Shown: positions 47,633 through 58,184 of the stretch, piece by piece | Layout of the letters: each line of letters begins with the position of its first letter | How positions within the stretch are numbered: position 1 is the first letter of the stretch | DNA from: Candidatus Thorarchaeota archaeon | GTDB taxonomy: Archaea; Asgardarchaeota; Thorarchaeia; Thorarchaeales; Thorarchaeaceae | Assembly: GCA_018335335.1 (NCBI GenBank) | Contig: JAGXKG010000001.1 | Location: 253,600 to 317,599 of the forward strand | Reading direction: 5' to 3' | DNA: 64,000 nt | The notes under the pieces: model-generated | Databases searched by the model: none | What the model was told of the DNA's origin: nothing | Seen by the model: the letters and a program-made list of their open reading frames with translations, nothing else | Made by a program: the position numbers and the translations under genes

Positions 47633-48549
47633 TGACTTATTCTGTGATGCAACTAATCGAGATTCTCGATGAGAAGTTTCCCCATGTACTCAATACTATT
47701 ATCAATAGAAATCCCCTCTTGGTAAGTGGTCCAGATACCGAATTGCTTGACGATTTAGTATCAAGTCTAGCGTTTCTTTGCCCACAACGTCATCAGATGG
47801 TCTTCTGGCGGCACTTCACTACCCAAGACGAACTTCAGGCTGTTTGGACGGAGGAAAAACATAATACTCACGTAGACAGGAGCGTTTTCTGTTGTTTTTC
47901 CTGCAATATTAGCTTAATGATTGAACGCATATCCAATTTCTCAAGTTGGATTATCGCAGTTCCTACGTCAAATTCGGTTACTGAATCACACGCCAAGAAC
48001 GCAGCCTCAGTTATTAAGGAGAAAGCCTTGAAGCATTGTGGTAACATCGGGACCCTCTTGGTGAAATCCCCCTCTGTTATGTCCTTCTCACTTGCGAGGC
48101 CCCCCAAAGGGAATTTGGAGCTCGAAAGGAGTATTGTGAAGAAAATAACCATCAAAAGGAGTCAATCTCTTGAACGAATTCGTAGATTGCTTAGCAAGTC
48201 TCTTCGTGACTTGAATGTGTCCGATGATATAATGCGAATTGTCTTGGAATTGGAGGATGAGGCGGAGAAACTGACAATTGATGTATTTGATGAGGAGGTA
48301 AACAAGTACATTCATGCTGCACGACGAGCAGCTACAATACTTTCTAGGGTTAGACTTGCTAGGGAGCTAGGTGCTCCTACAACTCTTACTTACAGAAGCC
48401 TTTGTGAGGCAATTGGTTGGGAAGAGGGTGATATAGATTCACTTCTACAACTAATATGTGCAGAGTGGCATGAAGACTTCACTGATTGTGTAAGAAACGG
48501 GAGATTCTCTGGTCTCGGTGCTTGGGTCGATAGCATGTGGGGCGGATAA
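47632..48549 (+). CDS. Hypothetical protein co-operonic with Roadblock and small GTPase (candidate GAP/GEF/partner)
   Basis: 305 aa; start overlaps upstream stop (ATGA); no recognised motif. Confidence 0.45.
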   Translation: MTYSVMQLIEILDEKFPHVLNTIINRNPLLVSGPDTELLDDLVSSLAFLCPQRHQMVFWRHFTTQDELQAVWTEEKHNTHVDRSVFCCFSCNISLMIERISNFSSWIIAVPTSNSVTESHAKNAASVIKEKALKHCGNIGTLLVKSPSVMSFSLARPPKGNLELERSIVKKITIKRSQSLERIRRLLSKSLRDLNVSDDIMRIVLELEDEAEKLTIDVFDEEVNKYIHAARRAATILSRVRLARELGAPTTLTYRSLCEAIGWEEGDIDSLLQLICAEWHEDFTDCVRNGRFSGLGAWVDSMWGG

Positions 48550-48579
48550 GCGCAAAACAATAGATATGGTGATACATAA

Positions 48580-49158
48580 GTGATTGTTGATTATAGCTCA
48601 AAAACGATATCTTTGAAGATAGTCTTCTATGGCCCTGCCATGAGTGGTAAAACGACAGCAATCCGTTGGCTCTTCTCTTCATTTGATTATATTGATGAAC
48701 TCGCATCAATAGAGAATACAGTTGGTCGTACCATGTTCTGCGATTACGGTTCCATACCATTTCTTTTGGATAATGATTGGAAAATTGACACTCATATATG
48801 GTCTGCTACAGGGCAAGATTTCTACAGGTCTACAAGAGAAACCGTGCTCGTGGGGACAGACGGTCTTATCTTCATTGCAGATTCACAAAAGCATCTACTA
48901 GATACAAATCTGGAAAGTTGGCATGAACTGAACTCTATGTTCAATCTGGAAAACAAATCGCTTCCCATTGTAATCTGTTTGAATAAGCAAGATTTGCCAG
49001 ATACTGTGCATGAGAGAAAATTTCGAAAAGAGCTTGGTATCCCCCACTCAGTTGAGATATTACATAGTGTTGCACTTGATGGAACAAATATTATGCAGGC
49101 TTTCAGAATGATTTTTGACAGTGCTATGCGTTCAAGTTTACTGGCTTCACCTAGTTAG
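48580..49158 (+). CDS. Ras-superfamily small GTPase (MglA/Arf/Rag-like)
   Basis: 192 aa; G1 GPAMSGKTT, switch-II WSATGQD, G4 NKQD, G5 SVALD. Confidence 0.75.
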   Translation: MIVDYSSKTISLKIVFYGPAMSGKTTAIRWLFSSFDYIDELASIENTVGRTMFCDYGSIPFLLDNDWKIDTHIWSATGQDFYRSTRETVLVGTDGLIFIADSQKHLLDTNLESWHELNSMFNLENKSLPIVICLNKQDLPDTVHERKFRKELGIPHSVEILHSVALDGTNIMQAFRMIFDSAMRSSLLASPS

Positions 49159-49274
49159 AGTTGCAAATCTTGTCTGGGTTAATCCCCTACTAACGAATAA
49201 CTTAAACAGCATCAGGAGTTTGCGAGTGTCAAACCGGGAAGCTACATTCCTGCCCTGAATGTGAGGATATTCAT

Positions 49275-50951
49275 TTGAGTGATCAAAGATTTGAAACACG
49301 TTTCGTATTCGTAACAGGTGGAGTACTATCGGGAATTGGTAAAGGTGTCACAATTGCATCGTTGGCGAAGCTGTTTCAGTTCAGAGACTACAATATTCGA
49401 ATAATCAAAATCGACCCATATCTCAATATTGATCCTGGCACGCTAAATCCAATTGAACATGGCGAGGTCTTTGTTACTGACGAACCCTGGATATTTAATC
49501 CAGCTGGTGATTTTGAATTCAAAATATCTGAAATCGACTTGGATTTTGGCACCTATGAACGATTTACAGGTATGCAGGTTCACCCTTCACAGAACATAAC
49601 TTCTGGACAGATTTATACTTCGGTGATTCTAGGTGAGCGAAAGGGCAGTTTTTTAGGTCGTACTGTTCAAATTATTCCCCATGTAACTGACCAAATCCAA
49701 TCGCGAATATGGGATGTAGTTAGGAAGAAACCGGTGCCTGATGTTCTGCTTGTGGAAATCGGCGGGACTGTTGGTGACATTGAAGCGATGCCATTTCTAG
49801 AAGCGGTCAGGCAACTGGCTATTGACGTTGGTAGAAATCGAGTTGCTTTTGTCCATGTCACTCTTGTTCCATTTCTTCAATCTACTGGGGAATTCAAGAC
49901 AAAACCTACCCAGCACAGTGTGCGAACCCTTCAAGGATTAGGTCTACAAGCAGACGTGATAGTTTGCAGGGCAGAAAGTGAGTTAGGCGAGCCCGAGAAG
50001 AGCAAAATTGCACTATTCTGTAATGTGTCTGAAGACCGGGTGATTTCGAATCCCGATATCCCTGTAATCTATCGATTGCCATTATTCTTTGAGGAACAAA
50101 ATCTTGGAAACATTCTCATAGACCATCTAGGTATGGAACACAAGGACCCTGAAACAGACATGTGGAGAGAAATGGTACGATCCTTCGAAATGCCAACCAA
50201 GAAGGTCGTAATTGGTATGCCTGGGAAGTACACCACACTTAGTGACTCATACAAGAGCATAAATGTCGCACTATCACATGCAGCTGCTGCTCTTGGTGCT
50301 AAGGTTGAAAGGAAGTGGATTGAGACGGAAGATTGCTCTTGCAAAGAATCTATTGAATCAGATTTGGATTCGGTAGATGGAGTTCTCTTGACTCCTGGAT
50401 TTGGTGACCGCGGTGTTGAAGGCATGATATATGCTGCTACAGTATCACTTGAATCGAAGATTCCATTTCTGGGGATTTGTTATGGAGCTCAATTGGGTAC
50501 AGTCGCTTTTGCCCGGGAAGTGATGGGCTGGGACGGTGCCCATACTACGGAGGTAGACGAAGCAAGTCTCTATCCTGTTATAGATCTCTTGGATGAACAA
50601 AAATCAATTGAAAGTAAAGGCGGAACGATGCGTCTTGGAGGCCAAGAGGTGCGGATTGTTGAGGGCACTCACCTTCACGAAGTATACAACACATCAAGAA
50701 CGCGAGAGCGTTTTAGACACCGATTTCATCTCATTGAGCGATATGTGAATAAAATGAAAAGCAAGGGTTTAGAGGTTTCTGCTTATGATAGAACTGGTCA
50801 AATAATCAACGCTGTAGAGATAGATGACCATCCTTTCTGGATTGGTGTTCAGTATCATCCGGAGTTTAAATCTCGCCCCGATGAACCGCACCCACTATAC
50901 GTTCAGTTCATTAAGGCCGCGCTAGAACAAAGGAAAAAGAGAGGCAAGTAG
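49275..50951 (+). CDS. pyrG: CTP synthase
   Basis: 558 aa; N-terminal synthetase domain [14 protein letters not shown]; C-terminal GATase (GICYG, HPEF); TTG start. Confidence 0.95.
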   Translation: MSDQRFETRFVFVTGGVLSGIGKGVTIASLAKLFQFRDYNIRIIKIDPYLNIDPGTLNPIEHGEVFVTDEPWIFNPAGDFEFKISEIDLDFGTYERFTGMQVHPSQNITSGQIYTSVILGERKGSFLGRTVQIIPHVTDQIQSRIWDVVRKKPVPDVLLVEIGGTVGDIEAMPFLEAVRQLAIDVGRNRVAFVHVTLVPFLQSTGEFKTKPTQHSVRTLQGLGLQADVIVCRAESELGEPEKSKIALFCNVSEDRVISNPDIPVIYRLPLFFEEQNLGNILIDHLGMEHKDPETDMWREMVRSFEMPTKKVVIGMPGKYTTLSDSYKSINVALSHAAAALGAKVERKWIETEDCSCKESIESDLDSVDGVLLTPGFGDRGVEGMIYAATVSLESKIPFLGICYGAQLGTVAFAREVMGWDGAHTTEVDEASLYPVIDLLDEQKSIESKGGTMRLGGQEVRIVEGTHLHEVYNTSRTRERFRHRFHLIERYVNKMKSKGLEVSAYDRTGQIINAVEIDDHPFWIGVQYHPEFKSRPDEPHPLYVQFIKAALEQRKKRGK

Positions 50952-50953
50952 CT

Positions 50954-52114
50954 ATGGATGAATCCCTTGATCGCGCTTTATCTGATTTAGTCGAGGAGAT
51001 AGAGCAGATCGAGAAAACCCGCAGAGCCTTCGGAGAGGTCATGAATCAGATAAAGAATGATATTGATTTAGCCAGTTTTCCTTCGGTTTCTGCTCGTCTC
51101 CCTGAGACGGTTCTAATCAATACTGTGAAACCAACTAGTCTTTCAGGACTCAAGGTTGCAGGTGTTGATGGTGGGTTAGTTCGAAAACGGTTTCGTTCAA
51201 TGGATCTTCTTTTCACTCGAGGAATTGGTGTAGTATTTGGGTTTGGATTCGAAGAAGGCCCAAATGTTGAATTCTTTCCCCAGCCATTTCCAAATCCAGA
51301 AGTTAGGCCTCTCACGCAAAAGATATCAACTTCAGAACTGGATCAAATTGCCTCACTCGAGCGTATAAGAAGTGAGCTACGGGTTGCCATTGGTCTAATT
51401 GAAGAGTATCATGCAGATCTTATTCTTATGGATGGCTCCCTCGTTTTTCATCCTCGAGACCGCCCAAACCGTAAATCCATGGCTTATTCAAAATTCCAAG
51501 AAGTTGCTGCGCTTTATCGTCAGCTCTTCCATAAGAGTAGTAAGAAGCGAACAATTCTACTGGGAATCGTTAAAGATAGTAGATCAACACGGATTGTAAA
51601 GACTCTTGGAGAAATCCTTCCTCATCTTCTCAAAGATCCTGCTCTCTTTGAGCTCATGGAAGGAGTAGACTACAGATGGTTGCTTAAAATCTCAAGAGAT
51701 TGTGACCTCCTTGATACGTTTCTCGAAGAAGGAGAACGCACTTTTGCCTTTCCGCTATCAGCAGAAATAGCGAACGAAAGGAAAGATAACAATCACGCCT
51801 TATCCTCTTGGACTTCTTCGATTTGGGTCACGTATTTGAAAGCAGCAAGGAATGACTTGCCTATCCGAGTTGAGATTCTTCTGAATGAAAATGATGATTT
51901 GAAGAAGATGGAAAAAGCACTATCTGCTATTTTGCCGCTTTCGTGGCAGCATCCTGAATATGGTGTACCCACACCTATCCTAGAGGCCGATGCCCGAGCA
52001 AGAATAAGCAAATCGGAAACTGATTTGATAGTTGACCGTCTCATTGCGCTATCGGGCCTTGCCTACTCTACACTCAACAAACGCCGCTCTCGAAATCCCT
52101 TTGGAGGTTCATAA
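50954..52114 (+). CDS. nurA: NurA 5'-3' nuclease
   Basis: 386 aa; VAGVDGG N-terminal catalytic motif region, RNase-H-like fold signature; immediately upstream of herA. Confidence 0.65.
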   Translation: MDESLDRALSDLVEEIEQIEKTRRAFGEVMNQIKNDIDLASFPSVSARLPETVLINTVKPTSLSGLKVAGVDGGLVRKRFRSMDLLFTRGIGVVFGFGFEEGPNVEFFPQPFPNPEVRPLTQKISTSELDQIASLERIRSELRVAIGLIEEYHADLILMDGSLVFHPRDRPNRKSMAYSKFQEVAALYRQLFHKSSKKRTILLGIVKDSRSTRIVKTLGEILPHLLKDPALFELMEGVDYRWLLKISRDCDLLDTFLEEGERTFAFPLSAEIANERKDNNHALSSWTSSIWVTYLKAARNDLPIRVEILLNENDDLKKMEKALSAILPLSWQHPEYGVPTPILEADARARISKSETDLIVDRLIALSGLAYSTLNKRRSRNPFGGS

Positions 52115-52115
52115 G

Positions 52116-53627
52116 ATGGAATATGCTCCCATAGAAACAAAACTTGGAACCGTTGTTTGTACAAACAATGGCCCTAGTGTTAATGCTTTTGATTTTGTTC
52201 TTGAGGACGAAACACCATCGGTGCGGCGGGGCGAATTCGTATCTTCTGTTGTGCAGGAAGGCGTGACGGTAATTGCTCGTGTACACGATTTGGTACGAAC
52301 AAATCGTTATTTCGAACATGCTGAGGCTGTGCGAGAATATCAATCACGCGGCCAATCGCTCCGCTCCATGTTTCCAACTGATCGCTGGCAATATACAATA
52401 GCTCAGACACAGGTAATCGGATTCTGGGCTGATAACCGGGCAATTCGTCCGTATTCAGCAGTTCCTCCCGGAGCCTCGGTCACAAGAGTAGATGAAGAAA
52501 TATTGAACGCCTTTCTTAAATTGGACAAAGAAAACGGTCTTAATCTCGGAACACTTGGGCATCATGATCTCAAATTCGTACCATCGATGAACCGCCTTTT
52601 ATCAAAACATCTTGCAATCTTGGCAATGAGCGGGGCCGGGAAGTCGTATTTTGTTTCAGTTCTGTTAGAGGAGATACTCTCACGAACCAAAGAAGAAGGA
52701 AGACTTGCTGTTGTAGTTGTTGATGTACATGGTGAATATACGTATCTGAAGGAAATGAAGGGAGATGATCTTGGCAAACCTGATTTAGATCTCGACATTG
52801 AGCATATTCGAGCATCTCACTTCCAAATCCCGGTTATTTCGCTTAGTGCTGATGCTATTGGGGCTCTTGTTGCGGGAATGAGCTCTGTTCAACGTCGCGA
52901 ACTGCGCAAAGTCATTTCTAGGATGCGGAGTCATTCGAAATCCGGGTACACACTCAGCGATGTCATTACCACCGTACGAGAAGACGATAATATCAATACG
53001 AATACCAAGGACGCTCTCATCGGATGGCTGCTCAATCTAGATGATACCGCCCTTTTTGGCAAAGAACCCACTCCCAGAATTGAGAAAGCAATCCGCCCTG
53101 GTAAACTCCTACTAGTCGACTTGAGTGACTTCGTGAGCCTGAAAAAGAAGCAAATCCTCGTATCCTATTTGGCTAATGAGCTTCTCTATCTTAGACGGTC
53201 CGGAAGAATACCACCGTTTCTCCTTGTCTTGGAAGAAGCCCACCAGTTCTGCCCAGAGAGTCGAAGAGAAATTGCTATACCAAAGGATCGCATAGAGACT
53301 ATCGCCAGGGAGGGACGAAAATTCTTTGCCTTGCTTTGCCTGATTTCTCAGCGACCTGTAAAACTGTCAACCACGGTTCTAAGTCAGTGTACAAATCAGG
53401 CAATATTCCGCTGCACTAATCCTTATGACTTACAGCATATTGGGCGTAGCAGCGAGGGGATAGATCAATCGTCCCTCGACGCGATAACCTCTCTGGAAGT
53501 TGGAGAATCTCTCATGGTAGGAGAGGTTGTGAGTGTTCCAACGTTTGTGAAGATAAGACATCGTCGCTTCGAACCGAAAGGAAAAATTACCAACCTTCTA
53601 GATGCTGTACGCGAAGCAGAGCGCTAA
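52116..53627 (+). CDS. herA: HerA bipolar DNA helicase
   Basis: 503 aa from MEYAPIETK (GGAGGT RBS 8 nt upstream; ATG 1 nt after nurA stop); Walker A MSGAGKSYF, Walker B LLVLEEAHQF. Confidence 0.85.
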   Translation: MEYAPIETKLGTVVCTNNGPSVNAFDFVLEDETPSVRRGEFVSSVVQEGVTVIARVHDLVRTNRYFEHAEAVREYQSRGQSLRSMFPTDRWQYTIAQTQVIGFWADNRAIRPYSAVPPGASVTRVDEEILNAFLKLDKENGLNLGTLGHHDLKFVPSMNRLLSKHLAILAMSGAGKSYFVSVLLEEILSRTKEEGRLAVVVVDVHGEYTYLKEMKGDDLGKPDLDLDIEHIRASHFQIPVISLSADAIGALVAGMSSVQRRELRKVISRMRSHSKSGYTLSDVITTVREDDNINTNTKDALIGWLLNLDDTALFGKEPTPRIEKAIRPGKLLLVDLSDFVSLKKKQILVSYLANELLYLRRSGRIPPFLLVLEEAHQFCPESRREIAIPKDRIETIAREGRKFFALLCLISQRPVKLSTTVLSQCTNQAIFRCTNPYDLQHIGRSSEGIDQSSLDAITSLEVGESLMVGEVVSVPTFVKIRHRRFEPKGKITNLLDAVREAER

Positions 53628-53657
53628 CGCTGAAACTTCTTGAGACCCCTTCTACTG

Positions 53658-53942
53658 TCAGGGTGTCAAGTCCATGACGATTTCATCAACCGCGGTCCAT
53701 GAGATTTTCTTTAATCCATGTTGACCGGGCTCGTGGCGGCAATCTAAAAGACCGGCTTCTTGAAGGATTTTTATCTGTGCACTTGCATTGGCCTCAGTAC
53801 CGCCAAGATGTTTTGCAACCCGGGTAACATCTTGTTCTTTCTGTAAGAGGAATTGCAGTATTTCTAGGCGTGTGCCTGAAGAAAGTGCGCTTGCTATTCT
53901 TAGGATGTCGTCGTCGTTGGCTATTTCTAGTGTTTCTGGCAC
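53658..53942 (-). CDS. ArsR/SmtB-family transcriptional regulator
   Basis: 94 aa; TRLEILQFLLQKEQDVTRVAKHLGGTEANASAQIKILQEAGLL HTH. Confidence 0.6.
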   Translation of the reverse strand: MPETLEIANDDDILRIASALSSGTRLEILQFLLQKEQDVTRVAKHLGGTEANASAQIKILQEAGLLDCRHEPGQHGLKKISWTAVDEIVMDLTP

Positions 53943-54079
53943 TTATCGCACCTCACGTGAATCTGGCCAGTTGTTCAAGCATGTCTTTATTATAGTTGTT
54001 GTTTGCAAATGGTTTGGTATCGAGTACACCTATGAAGCCATGTTAAGCCTTTATAGCGAACAATCAAGGATTAGTTTGA

Positions 54080-56104
54080 GTGCGACCCTCCATGGATAAT
54101 GAAAGCGAGTTCATCATGGGCTTTGATATCCTTCCATTTCATAGTCCTCGCTCTCGAACTCCTGCGAAATATGCTTGCGTCATCATGCGAGAAGGGGCAG
54201 TACTCAATGAATATGACGAGATATCTCGCCGCTCACTGCTAAATCTGGTTAATGAAATCAGTCCCAAATGGCTTTGTACAGATAACATCTTCGAGATTAT
54301 CCCTGATAGCAAGTCGGTGATACATCTAATAGAAGATCTCCCCCCTACGACCAAATTGATTCAAGTTACGGGGGTCCCTCCCCGCCAAGTATCATTGGCA
54401 CGCTTAGCTAGGCGGCATGATCTCCCTTTCTCCGGGAAACCATCTCCATTGGAAGCGGCTAGGATTGCTGCCCAACTGGCATCTCAGGGTGTTGGATACA
54501 GCTTAGAGTGTTTCAGTGCACAGACAGAAATTCAGGTTGTGAGAGGTCGTCGACCAGGGCGGGGCGGACAGAGTGCAAATCGATTCAGACGAAGAGTACA
54601 ATCGATGATTCAACAAATGACGAGGGAGATTGAGTCTAAACTCAAGAGAGCTGAAATCGAGTACGATATCAGCATAAGAAAGGCTGATTTCGGGTATGCT
54701 AGTTCAAGGATAGTTGCCTATGCACCATTACACATTGTCCGTGGTATTGTGGATTTAAAGCGCAGTGGCGATTTCAAAGTACTCGTAGAACCAATTCGGA
54801 AACAAACGGAATTCGTGCCTCTAGAACCAACGCAGGCTCCCAGAAAAACAAAAACTCAGTATTTTATTCTTGGTATCGATCCCGGTACGACAGCTGCAAT
54901 CTGTCTACTGACATTACACGGAAAGGTTCATTTCCTTGAAAGCAAGAAGGCTCTAACGCGTGCTGATATCATCAGGATGGCCTATTCCAAAGGCACCCCC
55001 GTGATGGTTGCGAGTGATGTAACCCCTGTTCCCAATATGGTAAAGAAAATTTCAAGCACAGTGAACGCTGATCTATTCACACCGAATAGCAATATCCCTG
55101 TTGCAGAAAAGAACGAAATAGCACGTGAGTTTGGTGATGGTGTTAACATCAGCAATGCCCATGAGAGAGACGCTCTAACAGCGGCTGTATATGCATATCG
55201 AAGTATTGTTCCGAAGTTGCGACAAATCGATCGCAAAGTTAGAGAAGAGCGTCTGGATGTAGACCGAGACCGTCTAAAAGCGATGGTTATTCGCGGCAGC
55301 CCCATGAACGAGGCGATTGCACGGCTCACAAAAGAAGCCGAAGAGGCGACCCCTTCGGAACCAAAAGAAGTCGAAGAGATGCCGGAAGAGACAATCGAGT
55401 CTCTCAGGGCGCGCTATAACGAACTCAAAGATGAAAATGAAATCCTTGAACAAAAGATTGAAGATTTGAATCGGTTAGTAGACTACCTTCGATTCAAAGA
55501 GAACGAATTATCTCACAGCCTCGAAATCATCAGTAAACAGAACTATTGGAAAGTCAAACGAGATCGAAAAGTGGCCAAGAAGAATTCCGAGATTAAGCGA
55601 TCACGAGAGAGGATTCACAGTCTCGAGGATCAGATTGAGGATCTTGAGAACCTCCTATCTAAGCTACGAGGAGTTAAACGTCTTGAAATGCGCGGAGATA
55701 TGCTTACGGTTAAGAGGATTGAAAAATTTACACAGGAAAGCATTCAGAGATATATGCGGGAAGTAGCCCCCCTAAAGAAGGGGGATGTTGTTCTCTTTGA
55801 TGATGCTTCTGGTGCAGGACCGCAAACAGCTCATATCTTAGCAGAGAAGGGGATTCGGGCAGTGATTGTAGATACGTCGTTATCTCATTTAGCCGAGAAT
55901 GAATTAATCAAAGCTGAAATCCCTGTTATTAGGGCGGATGAAGTTAAGCTGAGACGAATTGATGAATTTGCGTTTATTGACCGTGGTAGATTTGAAAAGA
56001 ATATGTCGAATTTCAAAGAGGAAGTCCACGAGAAAGCCCGACAGAAACGCGAAGATCAACTTGTGGAAATGGTAGAACGATATCGCCGTGAATCATCCCA
56101 TTAA
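54080..56104 (+). CDS. DUF460/COG2433-like protein: RNase-H-fold (YqgF/RuvC-like) domain plus long coiled-coil
   Basis: 674 aa; YFILGIDPGTTAAICLL resembles YqgF/RuvC GxDxGT; central ~150-aa heptad-rich coiled-coil; KH-like C-terminus. Confidence 0.45.
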   Translation: MRPSMDNESEFIMGFDILPFHSPRSRTPAKYACVIMREGAVLNEYDEISRRSLLNLVNEISPKWLCTDNIFEIIPDSKSVIHLIEDLPPTTKLIQVTGVPPRQVSLARLARRHDLPFSGKPSPLEAARIAAQLASQGVGYSLECFSAQTEIQVVRGRRPGRGGQSANRFRRRVQSMIQQMTREIESKLKRAEIEYDISIRKADFGYASSRIVAYAPLHIVRGIVDLKRSGDFKVLVEPIRKQTEFVPLEPTQAPRKTKTQYFILGIDPGTTAAICLLTLHGKVHFLESKKALTRADIIRMAYSKGTPVMVASDVTPVPNMVKKISSTVNADLFTPNSNIPVAEKNEIAREFGDGVNISNAHERDALTAAVYAYRSIVPKLRQIDRKVREERLDVDRDRLKAMVIRGSPMNEAIARLTKEAEEATPSEPKEVEEMPEETIESLRARYNELKDENEILEQKIEDLNRLVDYLRFKENELSHSLEIISKQNYWKVKRDRKVAKKNSEIKRSRERIHSLEDQIEDLENLLSKLRGVKRLEMRGDMLTVKRIEKFTQESIQRYMREVAPLKKGDVVLFDDASGAGPQTAHILAEKGIRAVIVDTSLSHLAENELIKAEIPVIRADEVKLRRIDEFAFIDRGRFEKNMSNFKEEVHEKARQKREDQLVEMVERYRRESSH

Positions 56105-56112
56105 TCTGGTCT

Positions 56113-56343
56113 TCATTCATTCAACTGAATCCATAGTATATTGTTACCACGTATTAACACTTGGCCATACTTCGCTTTGACTACCTCCCCCTCAAGTTCC
56201 TCGGCCGATGTGAGTGTCATATTCATGTATGGATCACATGTGTTGAGGCGCCCTCTGAATATTCGTTCATCTTTCAACTTCACAGAGATAATCGTATTCA
56301 TGGACTGCTGTAGAATCCTTATTGGTTTCTCCTTTTGGGGCAC
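56113..56343 (-). CDS. Sm-like archaeal protein (SmAP/LSm)
   Basis: 76 aa; Sm1/Sm2 pattern (VKLKDERIFRGRLNTCDPYMNMTL ... VLIRGNNI). Confidence 0.85.
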   Translation of the reverse strand: MPQKEKPIRILQQSMNTIISVKLKDERIFRGRLNTCDPYMNMTLTSAEELEGEVVKAKYGQVLIRGNNILWIQLNE

Positions 56344-56457
56344 CGATTTTCTCCTCGTTGCAGTGGCTCAATGAGGATGATATAAATGCTTGCACATTTC
56401 GACACTGCTCAATCTTTAAGATTGCCAAGGTGTTAGTGAAACTTAAGAGATGATTCA

Positions 56458-57453
56458 ATGCCGATATTATGTCTTGGTTTAGAAGGTACAGCACATTCAT
56501 TCGGTGCAGGAGTTGTCTCTAGTGATGGAAGAGTCTTATCAAATGAGTGGGATATGCTTACTCCTGAGAAAGGGGGGATTCACCCCCGAAAAGCCAGTAG
56601 GCATCATTCTCGTCTGGGTCCCCAGTTGATTAGCAAAGCCTTGAAAAAGGCGGGAAAACGACCTGACGACATCGACATAATTGCTTTCTCAAGGGGGCCT
56701 GGCTTGGGTCCTTGCTTAAGAACAACAGCAACAATGGCTAGAACACTTGCTCTCAGTCTTAATGTGCCTCTTGTAGGTGTGAATCACTGCGTTGCTCACA
56801 TTGAGATTGGCTGTCTGGAATCTGGTTTCGAAGACCCCGTTACCGTCTATGTTTCCGGCGGTAATACTCAAATTATTGCTTTTGCTGGTGGTAGGTATAG
56901 AACCTTTGGCGAAACTCTTGATATAGCACTGGGCAATATGCTTGATACTCTTGGCCGTGAGATGGGCATGAAGTTTCCTGCTGGTCCAACCATCGAGGCC
57001 TATGCGAGGGAAGGAACATCCTACTATAATCTTCCTTATTCCGTGAAGGGGATGGACGTAAGCTATTCCGGCATGTTGACAGCAGCAACTCGGCTTCATA
57101 CTGAAAATGTTGCCATGGATAATATCTGTTTCAGTGTTCAAGAAACGGCTTTTGGAATGATTGCGGAAATTGCTGAGAGAGCCATCGCACATACTAAGAA
57201 AGATGAGCTTCTGCTCACCGGTGGTGTCGCTAGGAATGAGCGTCTCACATCAATTCTTAGGGGCGTTTCAGAGCGGCATGAAATCGGTTTCCATAGGGTC
57301 TCCAAATCGCTAGCTGGAGATCAGGGGGCCATGATTGCTTGGACTGGTATAGTGCAATATCTTGCTGGAGATATACTCAATGTAGAAGATTCTACGGTAC
57401 TCCCTCGGTGGCGAACAGATGAGCAAGACATAGTGTGGAATAACGCGGAGTAA
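56458..57453 (+). CDS. kae1: tRNA N6-adenosine threonylcarbamoyltransferase Kae1 (KEOPS)
   Basis: 331 aa; LCLGLEGTAHSFGAGVV, HCVAHIE, metal-binding His pair. Confidence 0.9.
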   Translation: MPILCLGLEGTAHSFGAGVVSSDGRVLSNEWDMLTPEKGGIHPRKASRHHSRLGPQLISKALKKAGKRPDDIDIIAFSRGPGLGPCLRTTATMARTLALSLNVPLVGVNHCVAHIEIGCLESGFEDPVTVYVSGGNTQIIAFAGGRYRTFGETLDIALGNMLDTLGREMGMKFPAGPTIEAYAREGTSYYNLPYSVKGMDVSYSGMLTAATRLHTENVAMDNICFSVQETAFGMIAEIAERAIAHTKKDELLLTGGVARNERLTSILRGVSERHEIGFHRVSKSLAGDQGAMIAWTGIVQYLAGDILNVEDSTVLPRWRTDEQDIVWNNAE

Positions 57454-58083
57454 ATGACGATGGAAATGATAGCTCAAGGGGCGGAATCCTGTGTCTATAG
57501 AATCAAAAAATGGGGCAAGACACTTGCGATGAAATCCCGCCCCGAGAAAGGGTATCTTCTACCTGAGATTGACAAATCTATCCGCTCCAGAAGAACATCC
57601 AGAGAATGCAAAATGTTGACCTATGTTCGCCAATTAGGTGTGCCCACACCAGCTGTTTACTCGATAGACAAGGCAAATCATAGCATAATAATGGATTACA
57701 TTGAAGGAAAACAGCTCAAGGAACTCGTAGCAAATTTGCCGAAGAGAAAGTTGGTAGTGCTGTGCAGAGAATTTGGACACTACATCGGAATAATGCACAG
57801 TGCAAATGTGGTTCATGGAGATCCAACAACCAGCAATGTAATCATGGATTCAGCCTCTAAAATGTGGTTCATTGATTTCGGTTTAGCGGAGAAAAATGCC
57901 ACTATTGAAATGAAGGGGGTGGATCTCCATCTTATTCGCCGAGCGCTTGAAACAACCCATTGGGATTGTCAGAATCTTATGTTCGAAGCCGTCTTGGAGG
58001 GCTACACTCAGACTGTAGGTTCCCAATCTACCGAAATTCTCTCACGGATGAATAGCATTAGGGAACGCGGAAGATATCATTGA
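57454..58083 (+). CDS. bud32: Bud32 atypical kinase (KEOPS)
   Basis: 209 aa; GAESCVY glycine loop, catalytic HGDPTTSNVIM, DFGLA; start overlaps the kae1 stop. Confidence 0.85.
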   Translation: MTMEMIAQGAESCVYRIKKWGKTLAMKSRPEKGYLLPEIDKSIRSRRTSRECKMLTYVRQLGVPTPAVYSIDKANHSIIMDYIEGKQLKELVANLPKRKLVVLCREFGHYIGIMHSANVVHGDPTTSNVIMDSASKMWFIDFGLAEKNATIEMKGVDLHLIRRALETTHWDCQNLMFEAVLEGYTQTVGSQSTEILSRMNSIRERGRYH

Positions 58084-58184
58084 TTCTTCTATTTCCGACA
58101 CTTCCTATCATAAATCTTATATCTCTTCCCAAGAAGGATTACCAGACCCGTTTTTGGGAATTGACTGACTCAGAGGAAATTATT

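Noticed and set aside
58080-58184. N-terminal 35 codons of ORF 58080-58646
   Set aside because: S15 homologs begin at MARMHTRRKG; upstream extension overlaps bud32 end and is likely non-coding
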